Shown here: positions 8,266-16,522 of the stretch, piece after piece
How the letters are laid out: each line of letters begins with the position of its first letter
Position numbering within the stretch: position 1 is the first letter of the stretch
DNA from: a virus
Taxonomy: Duplodnaviria; Caudoviricetes
IMG/VR virus record: IMGVR_UViG_3300038675_000789
Span: 1-28,794 of that record
Length of the DNA stretch: 28,794 bases
Direction: 5' to 3' (one strand)
The notes under the pieces: model-generated
The model's database searches: none
What the model saw: the letters and a program-made list of their open reading frames with translations, nothing else
Told to the model about the DNA's origin: nothing
Translations under genes and position numbers: made by a program

Positions 8266-8598
8266 TTATTCCACCTCTTCGTCCGCTCGCCGCTCTTCGA
8301 TCAGGCCTTCCAGCAGCAGAGCATAGTTGATCACATCCGTGATCTTCTCGCTGAGCAGTGCGCTTTTGGGCATCGCTCCCCGGTGCTCGATGTCCTCGAT
8401 GATGTCCCGAATGGACACTATGTGCTTAGCCCACATACCGAGCAGAGCGGTTTCGGGCTCGATGTCTTGCAGTGCTGCCGCCACCTTGAAGTTGTGGAGC
8501 CGGTCAGATGTTGCGTATTCGCTTGCTTTTGCATTCAGTACTTGGTGGCAGTAGCCCAGGCGGGCCACTACCAGCTTATCGAACTCAGATGCGTTCAT
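8266..8598 (-). CDS. All-alpha MazG/DUF1599-like (nucleotide-modification-associated) domain protein
   Basis: K.SEYATSDRLHNF ... AKH ... EKITDVINYALLL pattern. Confidence 0.65.
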   Translation of the reverse strand: MNASEFDKLVVARLGYCHQVLNAKASEYATSDRLHNFKVAAALQDIEPETALLGMWAKHIVSIRDIIEDIEHRGAMPKSALLSEKITDVINYALLLEGLIEERRADEEVE

Positions 8599-9125
8599 GA
8601 TTTTGGAACCTCAATATTCACCAATTCGCCTACATGCGAGCGATAGTACTCCTCTTTCTCTGGGGGCCAGGCCGCTCGTATCGTGGTCCACAGGCGACCA
8701 TCTGTGAGCAGTAGCAAGACCAGATAGTCCTGGCCGGCTGGTAGAGGGAAGTTGCCCGGCTTGTCTGCAAACTTGGTGTCCCATTCCAGAAACTCGGGCG
8801 ACAGGTGGCCTACCTTCGCCTTCAGGACGGTTAGGAGTCGGGTGTCCCTGGTGTCCTTGGGCATCTTCACGTACCTGGAGGAGAACTTGATTGTGATTCT
8901 CTGTGTGGGATCTGTGCTGAGGGCTTTCTCATCTGCCCTCGCCTGGACGATCTTCTTATCCAATACGGATTTGAGGAGAGGGTTAGGGAGGGACAGGACG
9001 GTGCCGTCCGGAAGCACTCTGGCTGCGCCTCTTGGGTGGTAGACCTCCACTGAGCCGTCATCGCGGCGGGTGAAGTCGAAGCCCTCTTCCAGGGCGTAGT
9101 CTTCGGCGACTTTGGTGGGGTTCAT
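8595..9125 (-). CDS. Hypothetical protein
   Basis: 176 aa, ATGA-coupled at both ends. Confidence 0.75.
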   Translation of the reverse strand: MNPTKVAEDYALEEGFDFTRRDDGSVEVYHPRGAARVLPDGTVLSLPNPLLKSVLDKKIVQARADEKALSTDPTQRITIKFSSRYVKMPKDTRDTRLLTVLKAKVGHLSPEFLEWDTKFADKPGNFPLPAGQDYLVLLLLTDGRLWTTIRAAWPPEKEEYYRSHVGELVNIEVPKS

Positions 9126-9289
9126 GCCTCGACCTCGTCGAGATCCATCCGGCCACGGGCACTACAGCCACATGGCATCGGGAAGCCTGCCCGCATGGCA
9201 TTGAAATATCTCTCCGCATCGATCAGAGAGAGGCCGCTCACGTCTATCTCGACGTAAATGGTAGATGGGCGGTAGGTGGGGGGAGTCAT
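9122..9289 (-). CDS. Small hypothetical protein (not in ORF track)
   Basis: MTPPTYRPSTIYVEIDVSG...DEVEA*, 55 aa, ATGA overlaps at both ends. Confidence 0.6.
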   Translation of the reverse strand: MTPPTYRPSTIYVEIDVSGLSLIDAERYFNAMRAGFPMPCGCSARGRMDLDEVEA

Positions 9290-9429
9290 GCATATCGCCC
9301 CCCAGGTCTACGGAGCATCGACCACGGGATACGGCGGTTCCCGTATGGCATGAGCGGCATGGCCTGCGGTTCTTCTTCGGTTTTGCGTGCCCTATAGCTA
9401 GGGCCCTTACTTCCGCGTCTTTGACTCAT
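9286..9429 (-). CDS. Small basic hypothetical protein (not in ORF track)
   Basis: MSQRRGSKGPSYRARK...GGRYA*, 47 aa, GGAG upstream, ATGA overlap downstream. Confidence 0.5.
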   Translation of the reverse strand: MSQRRGSKGPSYRARKTEEEPQAMPLMPYGNRRIPWSMLRRPGGRYA

Positions 9430-9440
9430 GAAAACTCCAA

Positions 9441-10130
9441 TTACAGCAATTTTATTACATCTGGATATGGTTCGTAAATCTCACCATCTCTTCTTAGTTT
9501 TTTAATAACAGCAACAGTCGTTGACTCGGGAATTTCCAGCTCGACTACTGCAAAGCCCGCCAGATCGGCTATTTGTATCCCCTTTCGCGTGGCGTGAAGC
9601 CGGATGAGGTTTTTGATTTTGGATTTTGCCTGCTCCATATTGATTGGAACAGGAGAGGAGATCAATTTTTTTTCTGAGTTGAATGCGAATAGATTTTCGT
9701 AATGAAGATCCGCCCGCAGCTGTTCTATATAGGACAGATCTGAATCGGTTAAACGGTGCCACTCCCCCCGTGTGTTTTTGCCCTCGAACCTTTTGTGTAA
9801 TCTGGTTTCGAGGTTTTCTGCCACACGCGCTGATTCACATTTTAAGAAATTGACTAATACGAGTTCGTGTGGGTTTCCTATTTGGAGAGAGCTGAGACGT
9901 GAAGCAAAATCCGTAGCATATCCGATCTTAAATAGACTATCAGACCGAAGAACATACACCCCTGGCCCCCGTGTATCCCCTTCAAACTCGGGACACCGAA
10001 TTTCGTAGATCTTGTTCTCCACGATTTGCAGCTTTCTGGTTAAATGTTTTCGGCGTGCCTCTAATCGAGCTAGTGTTTGAGTCGGATAATCCATATTTAC
10101 ACAATCCCCGTTTGTTCCATTCGTTGACAT
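9441..10130 (-). CDS. GIY-YIG (T5orf172/MUG113-like) nuclease fused to MCM-like C-terminal winged helix
   Basis: GVYVL...FKIGYA...RLSSLQIGNP...LETRLHKRF...RGEWHRL; C-terminus VIKKLRRDGEIYEPYPDVIKLL. Confidence 0.85.
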   Translation of the reverse strand: MSTNGTNGDCVNMDYPTQTLARLEARRKHLTRKLQIVENKIYEIRCPEFEGDTRGPGVYVLRSDSLFKIGYATDFASRLSSLQIGNPHELVLVNFLKCESARVAENLETRLHKRFEGKNTRGEWHRLTDSDLSYIEQLRADLHYENLFAFNSEKKLISSPVPINMEQAKSKIKNLIRLHATRKGIQIADLAGFAVVELEIPESTTVAVIKKLRRDGEIYEPYPDVIKLL

Positions 10131-10319
10131 ACTTTGTCAAATGCCAAATGATTTTCACCCATCTCAATACCACCTTCTGCTATCGCTTCGTTTCATATTC
10201 TTCCATCATCTAATTGACATTATAATTTACATATAATCAATGTGAATAGTATGTCAGTTTTTAGGAAGTCAACCCATAGTATTACCCTCCTTGTCAAAAT
10301 CTTTGACATTTGACGTCAA
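10124..10319. promoter_or_regulatory. Inverted heptamer (TGTCAAA)-repeat array around AT-rich core; candidate origin 1
   Basis: GTCAAATGCCAAA (10136-10148) versus TTTGACATTTGAC (10302-10314), 12/13 inverted match with a 153-bp spacer; extra palindromes at 10124-10140, 10292-10308 and 10310-10319. Confidence 0.55.
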
Positions 10320-11021
10320 GGAATTCCAGGCCCGAAGTCGTAGAACCTTTTGGCGATTATCACCCGCTCTGAAAAAGATCTCATAGCTCCGAGAATCCAA
10401 CCTCGATACTAGCCGGTTCATTTCCTTCGGAGAGATCTCTAATAACCTTTCAAGCTCCTTGTAGGATTTAGGACCGTTGCGGAGAATCTCTTTCATCCGC
10501 TCAATCCTGGCCTTTGACTTCTTTCCAGTTGGTGGTGTTTGTGTCTTTTTTGTTGCCTGCCATACCCTGTTGATTGCATCGGCATGATCGTTGACCTTTT
10601 TTTCAAGATCTGTGAGCCATTCGGCATGATCGTTGACTCTTTCATTGTCAAGCTTTCTGGCGGCCCGAATGTCAACTATCTCCGCTATGAGTTCACCAAT
10701 ACGGTCTTTTGCAAGACCTTTGACAGCTATAACCGCTTCTTCTGATCTATAGTTGACATTTTTCATGTCTTCGATCAGTTTGGCCTGCTTCTCAGTCAGC
10801 TGCTCAAGCTCTTTGATTCGGCCATCGAATGTGTTGAAGAGGATGATGAGCTTCTGCAGCTCATCCGGCTTGATGCCCGTTGCCTTCTTCTGTGGCCCGT
10901 CGTCCTGCAGCCTCTCCAGTTGCGTGGCCTGCTCCCGGATCTTGTCCTCCAGCACCTGCTCTCTCGTAGGGCTGGGGGGCAGTTCTGATGCTAGTTGGAA
11001 TGAAGGTAGGCTAGACGACAT
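10269..11021 (-). CDS. Coiled-coil + C-terminal winged-helix protein (candidate replication initiator), paralogue of 18801-19367
   Basis: Long heptad region, then TGKKSKARIERMKEILRNGPKSYKELERLLEISPKEMNRLVSRL...KVLRLR. Confidence 0.8.
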   Translation of the reverse strand: MSSSLPSFQLASELPPSPTREQVLEDKIREQATQLERLQDDGPQKKATGIKPDELQKLIILFNTFDGRIKELEQLTEKQAKLIEDMKNVNYRSEEAVIAVKGLAKDRIGELIAEIVDIRAARKLDNERVNDHAEWLTDLEKKVNDHADAINRVWQATKKTQTPPTGKKSKARIERMKEILRNGPKSYKELERLLEISPKEMNRLVSRLDSRSYEIFFRAGDNRQKVLRLRAWNSLTSNVKDFDKEGNTMG

Positions 11022-11030
11022 CCTATATCC

Positions 11031-11339
11031 TTACCATGCGCCCATAGGCGCGGCTGGCTTCCTCTTCTCCCAAATCCATGCTGGTATCTGGATTATGTTG
11101 GCGTCTTCGGCCTCGTTTACCGTCTGGCAGCGTGGCCGCTTGCCGTCTATCAGGAGCACGGACTTTGGGAACCAGTAGTTGTTAGCGTCCATACACTGGC
11201 CGTCCAGATTCTCGACAGCTGCGATCAGCAGGGCTTTCTTCGTCTCGTGGACCAGCAGGTAGACGATGCTCCTCTTCTGGCCGGTCAGCGACATGAGCGG
11301 GGCCTCTTGGCCGATCCGGAGGGTTATGTGGTCGGTCAT
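11031..11339 (-). CDS. Hypothetical protein
   Basis: Start refined to ATG 11339 (ATGA overlap); HETKKALL...WFPKS...IPAWIWEK. Confidence 0.7.
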   Translation of the reverse strand: MTDHITLRIGQEAPLMSLTGQKRSIVYLLVHETKKALLIAAVENLDGQCMDANNYWFPKSVLLIDGKRPRCQTVNEAEDANIIQIPAWIWEKRKPAAPMGAW

Positions 11340-11578
11340 TTTACCGCCTCGATGGATTTGATCATCTGGGTATAATGCGGTCCGGGCTTCCACAGAGCGG
11401 CACGGGATTCCATCGCCCGCCCTGCCCGGCTGATGACTCCCGCCAGGGATAGCTTTGTGACCATCCCGGGAGGCATCCCTGCGCCTTTGACTGGTTTGGG
11501 CTCGTTCTCTATCGACCTGAGCCACTTGACGTTGATACCTCGGGCGACCATAGCCGCCGCCATCTGGTTATTGCTCAT
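11336..11578 (-). CDS. Small wHTH-like protein
   Basis: Start refined to ATG 11578; MVTKLSLAGVISR...LWKPG. Confidence 0.6.
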   Translation of the reverse strand: MSNNQMAAAMVARGINVKWLRSIENEPKPVKGAGMPPGMVTKLSLAGVISRAGRAMESRAALWKPGPHYTQMIKSIEAVK

Positions 11579-11739
11579 GCTCCACCCCGTGTGCTCTTGT
11601 CCATGGTCTTCGGCCTCCGGCGCTCTTTGGCCGGGCTGAACCCAATGCATTCCTCCCCCTCTTTTGGCGGAACATGGATGCAGGGGCCCGCCCACGGCAC
11701 CCAACGCCAGCGACAGGAATCGCAGTGCCCCCAGGTCAA
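11575..11739 (-). CDS. Small Cys-rich protein
   Basis: TTG start overlapping the upstream stop; CDSC...C...C. Confidence 0.55.
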   Translation of the reverse strand: MTWGHCDSCRWRWVPWAGPCIHVPPKEGEECIGFSPAKERRRPKTMDKSTRGGA

Positions 11740-11972
11740 GCCTGCGCCCCCGCGCAATCCCGGAGGATCTTGATTTCCGCTCTCGTGTTGGCTAGCATCT
11801 CCTCCAGCTCGTCCTCGTCTTCCAGCCTCATGGCAAGAGCCTGATCAGCCGGTATTAGGCTGGGCCCGGGCTCTTCGGCCTTGGCCCGGAGGAGAGGATG
11901 GGTGCGGACCACGAAGGCCCGTCTGATTGCAACGCAATCAGGACAGCAGCATTGGACATGAGGCGTGATCAT
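11736..11972 (-). CDS. Hypothetical protein (HxxxCCCxxC plus short coil)
   Basis: 78 aa, coupled to both neighbours. Confidence 0.6.
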   Translation of the reverse strand: MITPHVQCCCPDCVAIRRAFVVRTHPLLRAKAEEPGPSLIPADQALAMRLEDEDELEEMLANTRAEIKILRDCAGAQA

Positions 11973-12169
11973 AGTCCCGCCTCCGCCGCGTATTTCCTGA
12001 TCGGCTTTCCCGCCGTTGTGCCACTGACCCCGAACGCCCGGCCAATGGCGCTGTTCAGGTAGCCCTCTTGGTGCATCGCCAGGAGCTTTGGATAGTCCTC
12101 TGGTTGGCCTCGGTGGAGGTCTTCGTGCTTCTTTATCCGATTTGGCCGGTACTTGTGGGAAGCGCCCAT
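11969..12169 (-). CDS. Small HTH protein
   Basis: GYLNSAIGRAFGVSGTTAGK; GGAGG upstream. Confidence 0.7.
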   Translation of the reverse strand: MGASHKYRPNRIKKHEDLHRGQPEDYPKLLAMHQEGYLNSAIGRAFGVSGTTAGKPIRKYAAEAGL

Positions 12170-12478
12170 CTACTCAGCCTCCGTAAGCATGACGCAGAGC
12201 ATATCATAGGAGTTCCCTGCCTGGAGAACACGCATCCAGTCCCTAGATCCAAGCTCTCTTGTTATTGCTCGACTAATGCACAGCCGCTTTGCTTCAGCAT
12301 CTTTGTATAAAATGTATAAGGGGTTGTACCGAGCTTTTCCACGGTGATCTATCGCGCCCGCGCCTTTTCCACAATGTTTCCTACACCAAACGCAATATAT
12401 GGCCCAAAGCATATTGGTTGCCAGATTGGCCGCAAGATATGCTACCAATAATTGCGCAAGTCGCCCCTCTTCTATCAT
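12170..12478 (-). CDS. Hypothetical protein with N-terminal hydrophobic segment
   Basis: 102 aa, ATGA-coupled, flanked by a 27-bp direct repeat. Confidence 0.55.
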   Translation of the reverse strand: MIEEGRLAQLLVAYLAANLATNMLWAIYCVWCRKHCGKGAGAIDHRGKARYNPLYILYKDAEAKRLCISRAITRELGSRDWMRVLQAGNSYDMLCVMLTEAE

Positions 12479-12506
12479 GCAGCCTCCGTAAGCATGGCGC
12501 GGAGCA
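12175..12506. repeat. 27-bp direct repeat at consecutive gene ends
   Basis: CAGCCTCCGTAAGCATGACGCAGAGCA (12175-12201) versus CAGCCTCCGTAAGCATGGCGCGGAGCA (12480-12506), 25/27 identical. Confidence 0.8.
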
Positions 12507-13194
12507 CGGCGGCATGAGAGCAGATTTCAATATCGTCGTCGGCATCATAGCTAATGTATTCCAGTATAATGGACAGAGCCCGGATGGCCGCTATTGCTTC
12601 GCATGCCGCTTTGGTTTTTGGCCTGCATTGGTCACAGTTTCCATGCACGGTCAGGCATGGAATCACGGACTCAGAGATTATTTTTCCAAGTCTTTGATAT
12701 TCCGCAAGGGCATCCTCGAGAGCAACGACCCTGGCTCGCAGTCGTTCTATTTCCGGATGACCGTCCGGCACGAATATTTTCCCATCTCCAGGATCGTAGA
12801 TGCAATTCTTCTCAAGCACCTTGATCCTTCCCAAGTATCCGTTCATCAACTCGGCATTCTGTTTGGTCAGTGCCTCGGCTTCGTCTAGCGACGACCCAAG
12901 TTCCTTGATCCGGGCTTCCGCGTCATGTAGCCTCTTGATGTAGCTGTTAGTGAATTCTTGTTCTACTTTGGACTCATGTTTCAATCGCCTGATCTCTTTT
13001 TTCAGAGACTTGGTCAGGGCGGCCTGTTGGTCGATGACGTCTAGCCGGGCCTCGATGACCCGCTCGGATTGCTCCAGATCGGCCCGCAGCCGCTCGATTT
13101 CGGCTATCATTTCGCCCCAGACATCCCCGACTTCCGCGCAATCATCCTGAAGAAAGTCGCGGAGACCTCTTGCTCTCTCCAGATCGAATGTCAT
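12475..13194 (-). CDS. Coiled-coil protein (Ead/Ea22-like EIERLR repeats)
   Basis: Start refined to ATG 13194 with GGAGG; EIERLRA occurs twice, plus ARIKEL. Confidence 0.75.
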   Translation of the reverse strand: MTFDLERARGLRDFLQDDCAEVGDVWGEMIAEIERLRADLEQSERVIEARLDVIDQQAALTKSLKKEIRRLKHESKVEQEFTNSYIKRLHDAEARIKELGSSLDEAEALTKQNAELMNGYLGRIKVLEKNCIYDPGDGKIFVPDGHPEIERLRARVVALEDALAEYQRLGKIISESVIPCLTVHGNCDQCRPKTKAACEAIAAIRALSIILEYISYDADDDIEICSHAAVLRAMLTEAA

Positions 13195-13535
13195 TGAGAT
13201 GCCTCCACGGATGAAATCCGCCGGACTGCTGCCAATGGTATCCATTCTTGCTTTCCACTACTATGCATTATCCAGAGGGCTGCATGTCCGCAATGCCACG
13301 TGGTTATATCCGAAAATCTTTTCATGTAGTCATCGTGCCACCGGACTTCCAGATCGAAGCCTATCAATTCGTCGGGCTCAACGATATGATCACTGCTATC
13401 GATCATGTCCCGAAGGACGATAAAATGGCTACCATAATTTTCCATTATGTAAGGATGGCATAGCTGGCAGCCAATCGCCATCGGTAGCTTGGATATGACA
13501 CGGATGGCCTCCCGCTGCTCTTCGGTTAGGGTCAT
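13191..13535 (-). CDS. Hypothetical protein
   Basis: 114 aa, ATGA-coupled. Confidence 0.7.
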   Translation of the reverse strand: MTLTEEQREAIRVISKLPMAIGCQLCHPYIMENYGSHFIVLRDMIDSSDHIVEPDELIGFDLEVRWHDDYMKRFSDITTWHCGHAALWIMHSSGKQEWIPLAAVRRISSVEASQ

Positions 13536-13654
13536 GACCGGCCCCCCTCTCCCTCATCTACGCAATCGTCGTTCGGGTCGACTTCTTCTTCCAACCTCTC
13601 GCAGTAATAGCGATCACCGCGAACCAACAACATCGGGCAATGTCCACAAATCAT
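13532..13654 (-). CDS. Small Cys-rich protein
   Basis: MICGHCP...YYCE...DC; GGAGG upstream, ATGA overlap. Confidence 0.6.
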   Translation of the reverse strand: MICGHCPMLLVRGDRYYCERLEEEVDPNDDCVDEGEGGRS

Positions 13655-13992
13655 TGTGTTTCCTCCTCTGTCGCTATGAGCTGGTCTCTGCAGATCCCTC
13701 CGGCCAGCTCTTGTGCATTGTACACACATCCACCCAGCCAGAAGCTCTTGGTAAGCTGCCAGGCCAGTTGAGGGACTTCCTGAGATGCCCCCATAACGAT
13801 CCTGGTAACCACCGGGTGCTCTATGATGATGGCCTTCTCCAAGATCCTGCACATCCTCAGAGCGGTGGCGTTGGAGATGTGCTGAGTCATCGCAATCTCG
13901 TGCAGACCAACCGGCTCCACCGACTTCTCCAGATAGTCGATGATGCCACGGATGGTGACGGCGTCGTCTATGACCTGGTGGAGAGGTTTCAT
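13651..13992 (-). CDS. wHTH protein (IclR-like HTH pattern)
   Basis: IIDYLEKSVEPVGLHEIAMTQHISNATALRMCRILEKAIII. Confidence 0.7.
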   Translation of the reverse strand: MKPLHQVIDDAVTIRGIIDYLEKSVEPVGLHEIAMTQHISNATALRMCRILEKAIIIEHPVVTRIVMGASQEVPQLAWQLTKSFWLGGCVYNAQELAGGICRDQLIATEEETQ

Positions 13993-14267
13993 TCGAGCCT
14001 CCTGCACCTGAAAAGCCCTATATCGTAAGAGCCGTCGTCTCTCCAGTACGGCTCCAGATGAGCACTGAAGCGGATCTGCTCACCTGGTCTTGGGATTGAT
14101 CCTCTCCAGTGTCCAGGCCGGACCCAGGCATGCTCTTCGGCCATCTCGGTGGGCGTCTGAATCTGGTTGAGCGCCAGGAAGCCTCTGCGATCCAGGAAGT
14201 CGCAGCGAGCGGAAAAGACCGCCCTGGTGATTCCTGCACGGAGCATGGCGGCAAAGGCGGATTTCAT
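13989..14267 (-). CDS. Hypothetical protein (beta-rich, OB-like)
   Basis: HAWV...PGEQIRFSAHLEPY; ATGA-coupled. Confidence 0.65.
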   Translation of the reverse strand: MKSAFAAMLRAGITRAVFSARCDFLDRRGFLALNQIQTPTEMAEEHAWVRPGHWRGSIPRPGEQIRFSAHLEPYWRDDGSYDIGLFRCRRLE

Positions 14268-14419
14268 GCCATCCCCCTGAGATTAGCCGCATAATCGCAG
14301 GCTCCAGGCTCTTCCAGAAGGGTCCGGTAGATCGCCTTCTGGCGCTTGTGATAGGCTCTCCACTGGGCTTCGGCGTTGTGGCGTCTGGCGCGCCTCCGAA
14401 TGCCTGTACCGGCGCTCAT
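14264..14419 (-). CDS. Small basic protein
   Basis: Start refined to ATG 14419 (ATGA overlap). Confidence 0.55.
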   Translation of the reverse strand: MSAGTGIRRRARRHNAEAQWRAYHKRQKAIYRTLLEEPGACDYAANLRGMA

Positions 14420-14649
14420 GCCGGTGCCCCCCATATCTGCCAGGTGGTGCCGTTCACCGTCTGGTTGATGCTCGCCAGGAGGAGATCCGCCTCCACTGTG
14501 ATGTTGGTGAACCCCTGGCCGGCGCATGAGCCGGTCATCGAGAGGGTGGCAGCGTCTGACAGCATCGTACTGAGTAGATAGATGAGGGCTATCCCAGCCG
14601 CTATGAAGGCATACCAGACCAGCATGGCAATGATTTCAGTGCCGGTCAT
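14416..14649 (-). CDS. Small membrane protein
   Basis: Start refined to ATG 14649; IIAMLVWYAFIAAGIALIYLL transmembrane segment. Confidence 0.6.
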   Translation of the reverse strand: MTGTEIIAMLVWYAFIAAGIALIYLLSTMLSDAATLSMTGSCAGQGFTNITVEADLLLASINQTVNGTTWQIWGAPA

Positions 14650-15404
14650 GCAGACCCCGCCGGTGTAGCGCCAAAATACGCACCAGTCAGCTTCGACTGG
14701 TATGTAGGACCGCATCCCCAGCTTGGATAGAATATGTCCATATGGAATTTTCCGGCTATCCAAGGCTCTTGCAGCTTCTCTGCAATACCATAACCATATT
14801 TAGGGGGCAGAAAGTCGTTCCAATCGAGCATCTTGCTGCCAGTGTGCCCTTTCAAATCTTCTGTAATGAGGACACTCCGGAGGTGCTGGGCGATCTCACG
14901 AGGTGGATATAAATGGTCTAACTCATGATCTCTGAGCTGCTGCATCATGTATTTTGCAGGAGATTGAGTTGGCAGAATCCAGTTGTTGCCTGCTCCCCTC
15001 TTCTTGTACTGATATGAGATGACGTTCTCCAGGCCATGCTGATCACAGACAGCACAGTTTTTGGTAGGTTCTCTGAGCACTGCCTCAGAATCGATCACGA
15101 GATCTGATATGCTGAGGTCTTCGACAATCTGGACAAGTGCGTCCAATGGCAGAGGATTGTCTATCTTTCCCGTCTTTTTGTTGATGCCATTGAATTTGAC
15201 TTGGTAACCATCGTGCATTACCCGGGATCTGGATATGGTTATGCATCCGTCCATCCTCTTTTCTTGAACCTGTTTTTTCTTTTTGCTAATATTGGTGTGC
15301 CCTGTAAAGCCCACCAGCTCCGTGCTATCGGCAAGTTTGGCCTTCAGCTTGAGGAGAGCTGCCCTATCCACGGCACGCGGCCATTCTGTTGGCATAGACT
15401 TCAT
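14646..15404 (-). CDS. Hypothetical protein
   Basis: 252 aa, ATGA-coupled to the ParB-like gene. Confidence 0.75.
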   Translation of the reverse strand: MKSMPTEWPRAVDRAALLKLKAKLADSTELVGFTGHTNISKKKKQVQEKRMDGCITISRSRVMHDGYQVKFNGINKKTGKIDNPLPLDALVQIVEDLSISDLVIDSEAVLREPTKNCAVCDQHGLENVISYQYKKRGAGNNWILPTQSPAKYMMQQLRDHELDHLYPPREIAQHLRSVLITEDLKGHTGSKMLDWNDFLPPKYGYGIAEKLQEPWIAGKFHMDIFYPSWGCGPTYQSKLTGAYFGATPAGSA

Positions 15405-16522
15405 GAGGATGTCACCCCCTTTCCGTTCATCCGTTGCCGTTCTCGGAATCTTTCTTCGGCTACATCGATTGCCTGTTTTACAATTTCGTCTGCCAGGTCT
15501 TGTGCTTCTTCAATCGATAGATCACAGCAAGTCCATTTCAGCATCAGGCGAGCCGTCTTGCCGCATTTTGGACAAGTCATCTCGTCCCCGATCTCGAGAA
15601 GCATGTCATGGTGGCTCGCGTTCTGCCAGGTGATGGGGACCTTTGGTTTGGTGGCTATTTCATGGACATACTGGTCCAGAGCTGCCTTTTGCTCGTCCGT
15701 GAGAGGTTCGGGTTCGGGTGATTTAGCCCTAATCGAAATGTCATTGGCAATCGCCGCTGCCTTCTGGAAATTGTCCTTGAGTTCAGAAACGATCTGCTCT
15801 TTCTGTTCTGGGGTGCCTTTTTGGAGGACTTTGCCAATAGTCCGGATGTCCTTCTTTGGGGCCTTGATCTCACCAGATTCTATTTTTTGAGCTACATCCG
15901 GTGCGATTTCTTGGACAGCCTTAACAGCTTCTCCGAGGTCAACCGACCGCTGCACTTTCGCAGGAGATATGTTATGCTCTTGCGCAATTCGCGCCCTTGT
16001 CTCTCCAGGAGAATTAACTTGATCATTTTGATCAGGTTGTTTTGATGCGTTAACGTTCCCAATCGGCGCACCTTCGACCTTTTTCTCTAATTCATATTGT
16101 CTGGCAATCGCAAGTTCAAACTGAATGTCGCTCAGGTTGCGCCTACCGAGCTGGTTCTTGAGAATCCAAAGCATGGCCTGATCTTTGTCCGGAAATTCAA
16201 GAAAACGGATATCATATTCTATATCCAGCTCCTTGCAAATTTCGTATCGGTTGTGGCCATCCAGTAGAATTATTTCGGTCTGATATGGTACAGCTCCGCA
16301 TTTATCGCATTGCCATCGCGCATAGTCGTCGTCCCAATGATCGGGAGCGGATGAAAACGTGGTTTCTTGATAACAATGCCTGCACCAGGTCTCTTCAAGT
16401 GGCACCGTCCACAGGACCAGCGGATCTCGGCAGCCCTCGTCCTTGATGCTCTCCCTCAGCTTCGCGCGTTCGTCTGGCTTCAGCGCGGGGATGAGGGCCT
16501 TGATTTCTGGATCGATGATCAT
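15401..16522 (-). CDS. ParB/Srx-like N-terminal domain protein with Zn-ribbon insertion and HTH
   Basis: IDPEIKALIP...LRESIKDEGCRDPLVLW...LDGHNRYEIC...NQLGRRNLS; HTH TRARIAQEHNISPAKVQR. Confidence 0.85.
   Translation of the reverse strand: MIIDPEIKALIPALKPDERAKLRESIKDEGCRDPLVLWTVPLEETWCRHCYQETTFSSAPDHWDDDYARWQCDKCGAVPYQTEIILLDGHNRYEICKELDIEYDIRFLEFPDKDQAMLWILKNQLGRRNLSDIQFELAIARQYELEKKVEGAPIGNVNASKQPDQNDQVNSPGETRARIAQEHNISPAKVQRSVDLGEAVKAVQEIAPDVAQKIESGEIKAPKKDIRTIGKVLQKGTPEQKEQIVSELKDNFQKAAAIANDISIRAKSPEPEPLTDEQKAALDQYVHEIATKPKVPITWQNASHHDMLLEIGDEMTCPKCGKTARLMLKWTCCDLSIEEAQDLADEIVKQAIDVAEERFRERQRMNGKGVTSS

Noticed and set aside
7720-8646. 308-aa plus-strand ORF
   Set aside because: It is antisense to two well-coupled minus-strand genes, has Ser/Val/Cys-rich shadow composition and shows no motif.
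12167-12172. In-frame TAG-ATG junctions (also 23643-23648) as pyrrolysine read-through
   Set aside because: Each downstream ATG has its own GGAGG RBS, so abutting genes suffice. There are no pyl genes in the window.
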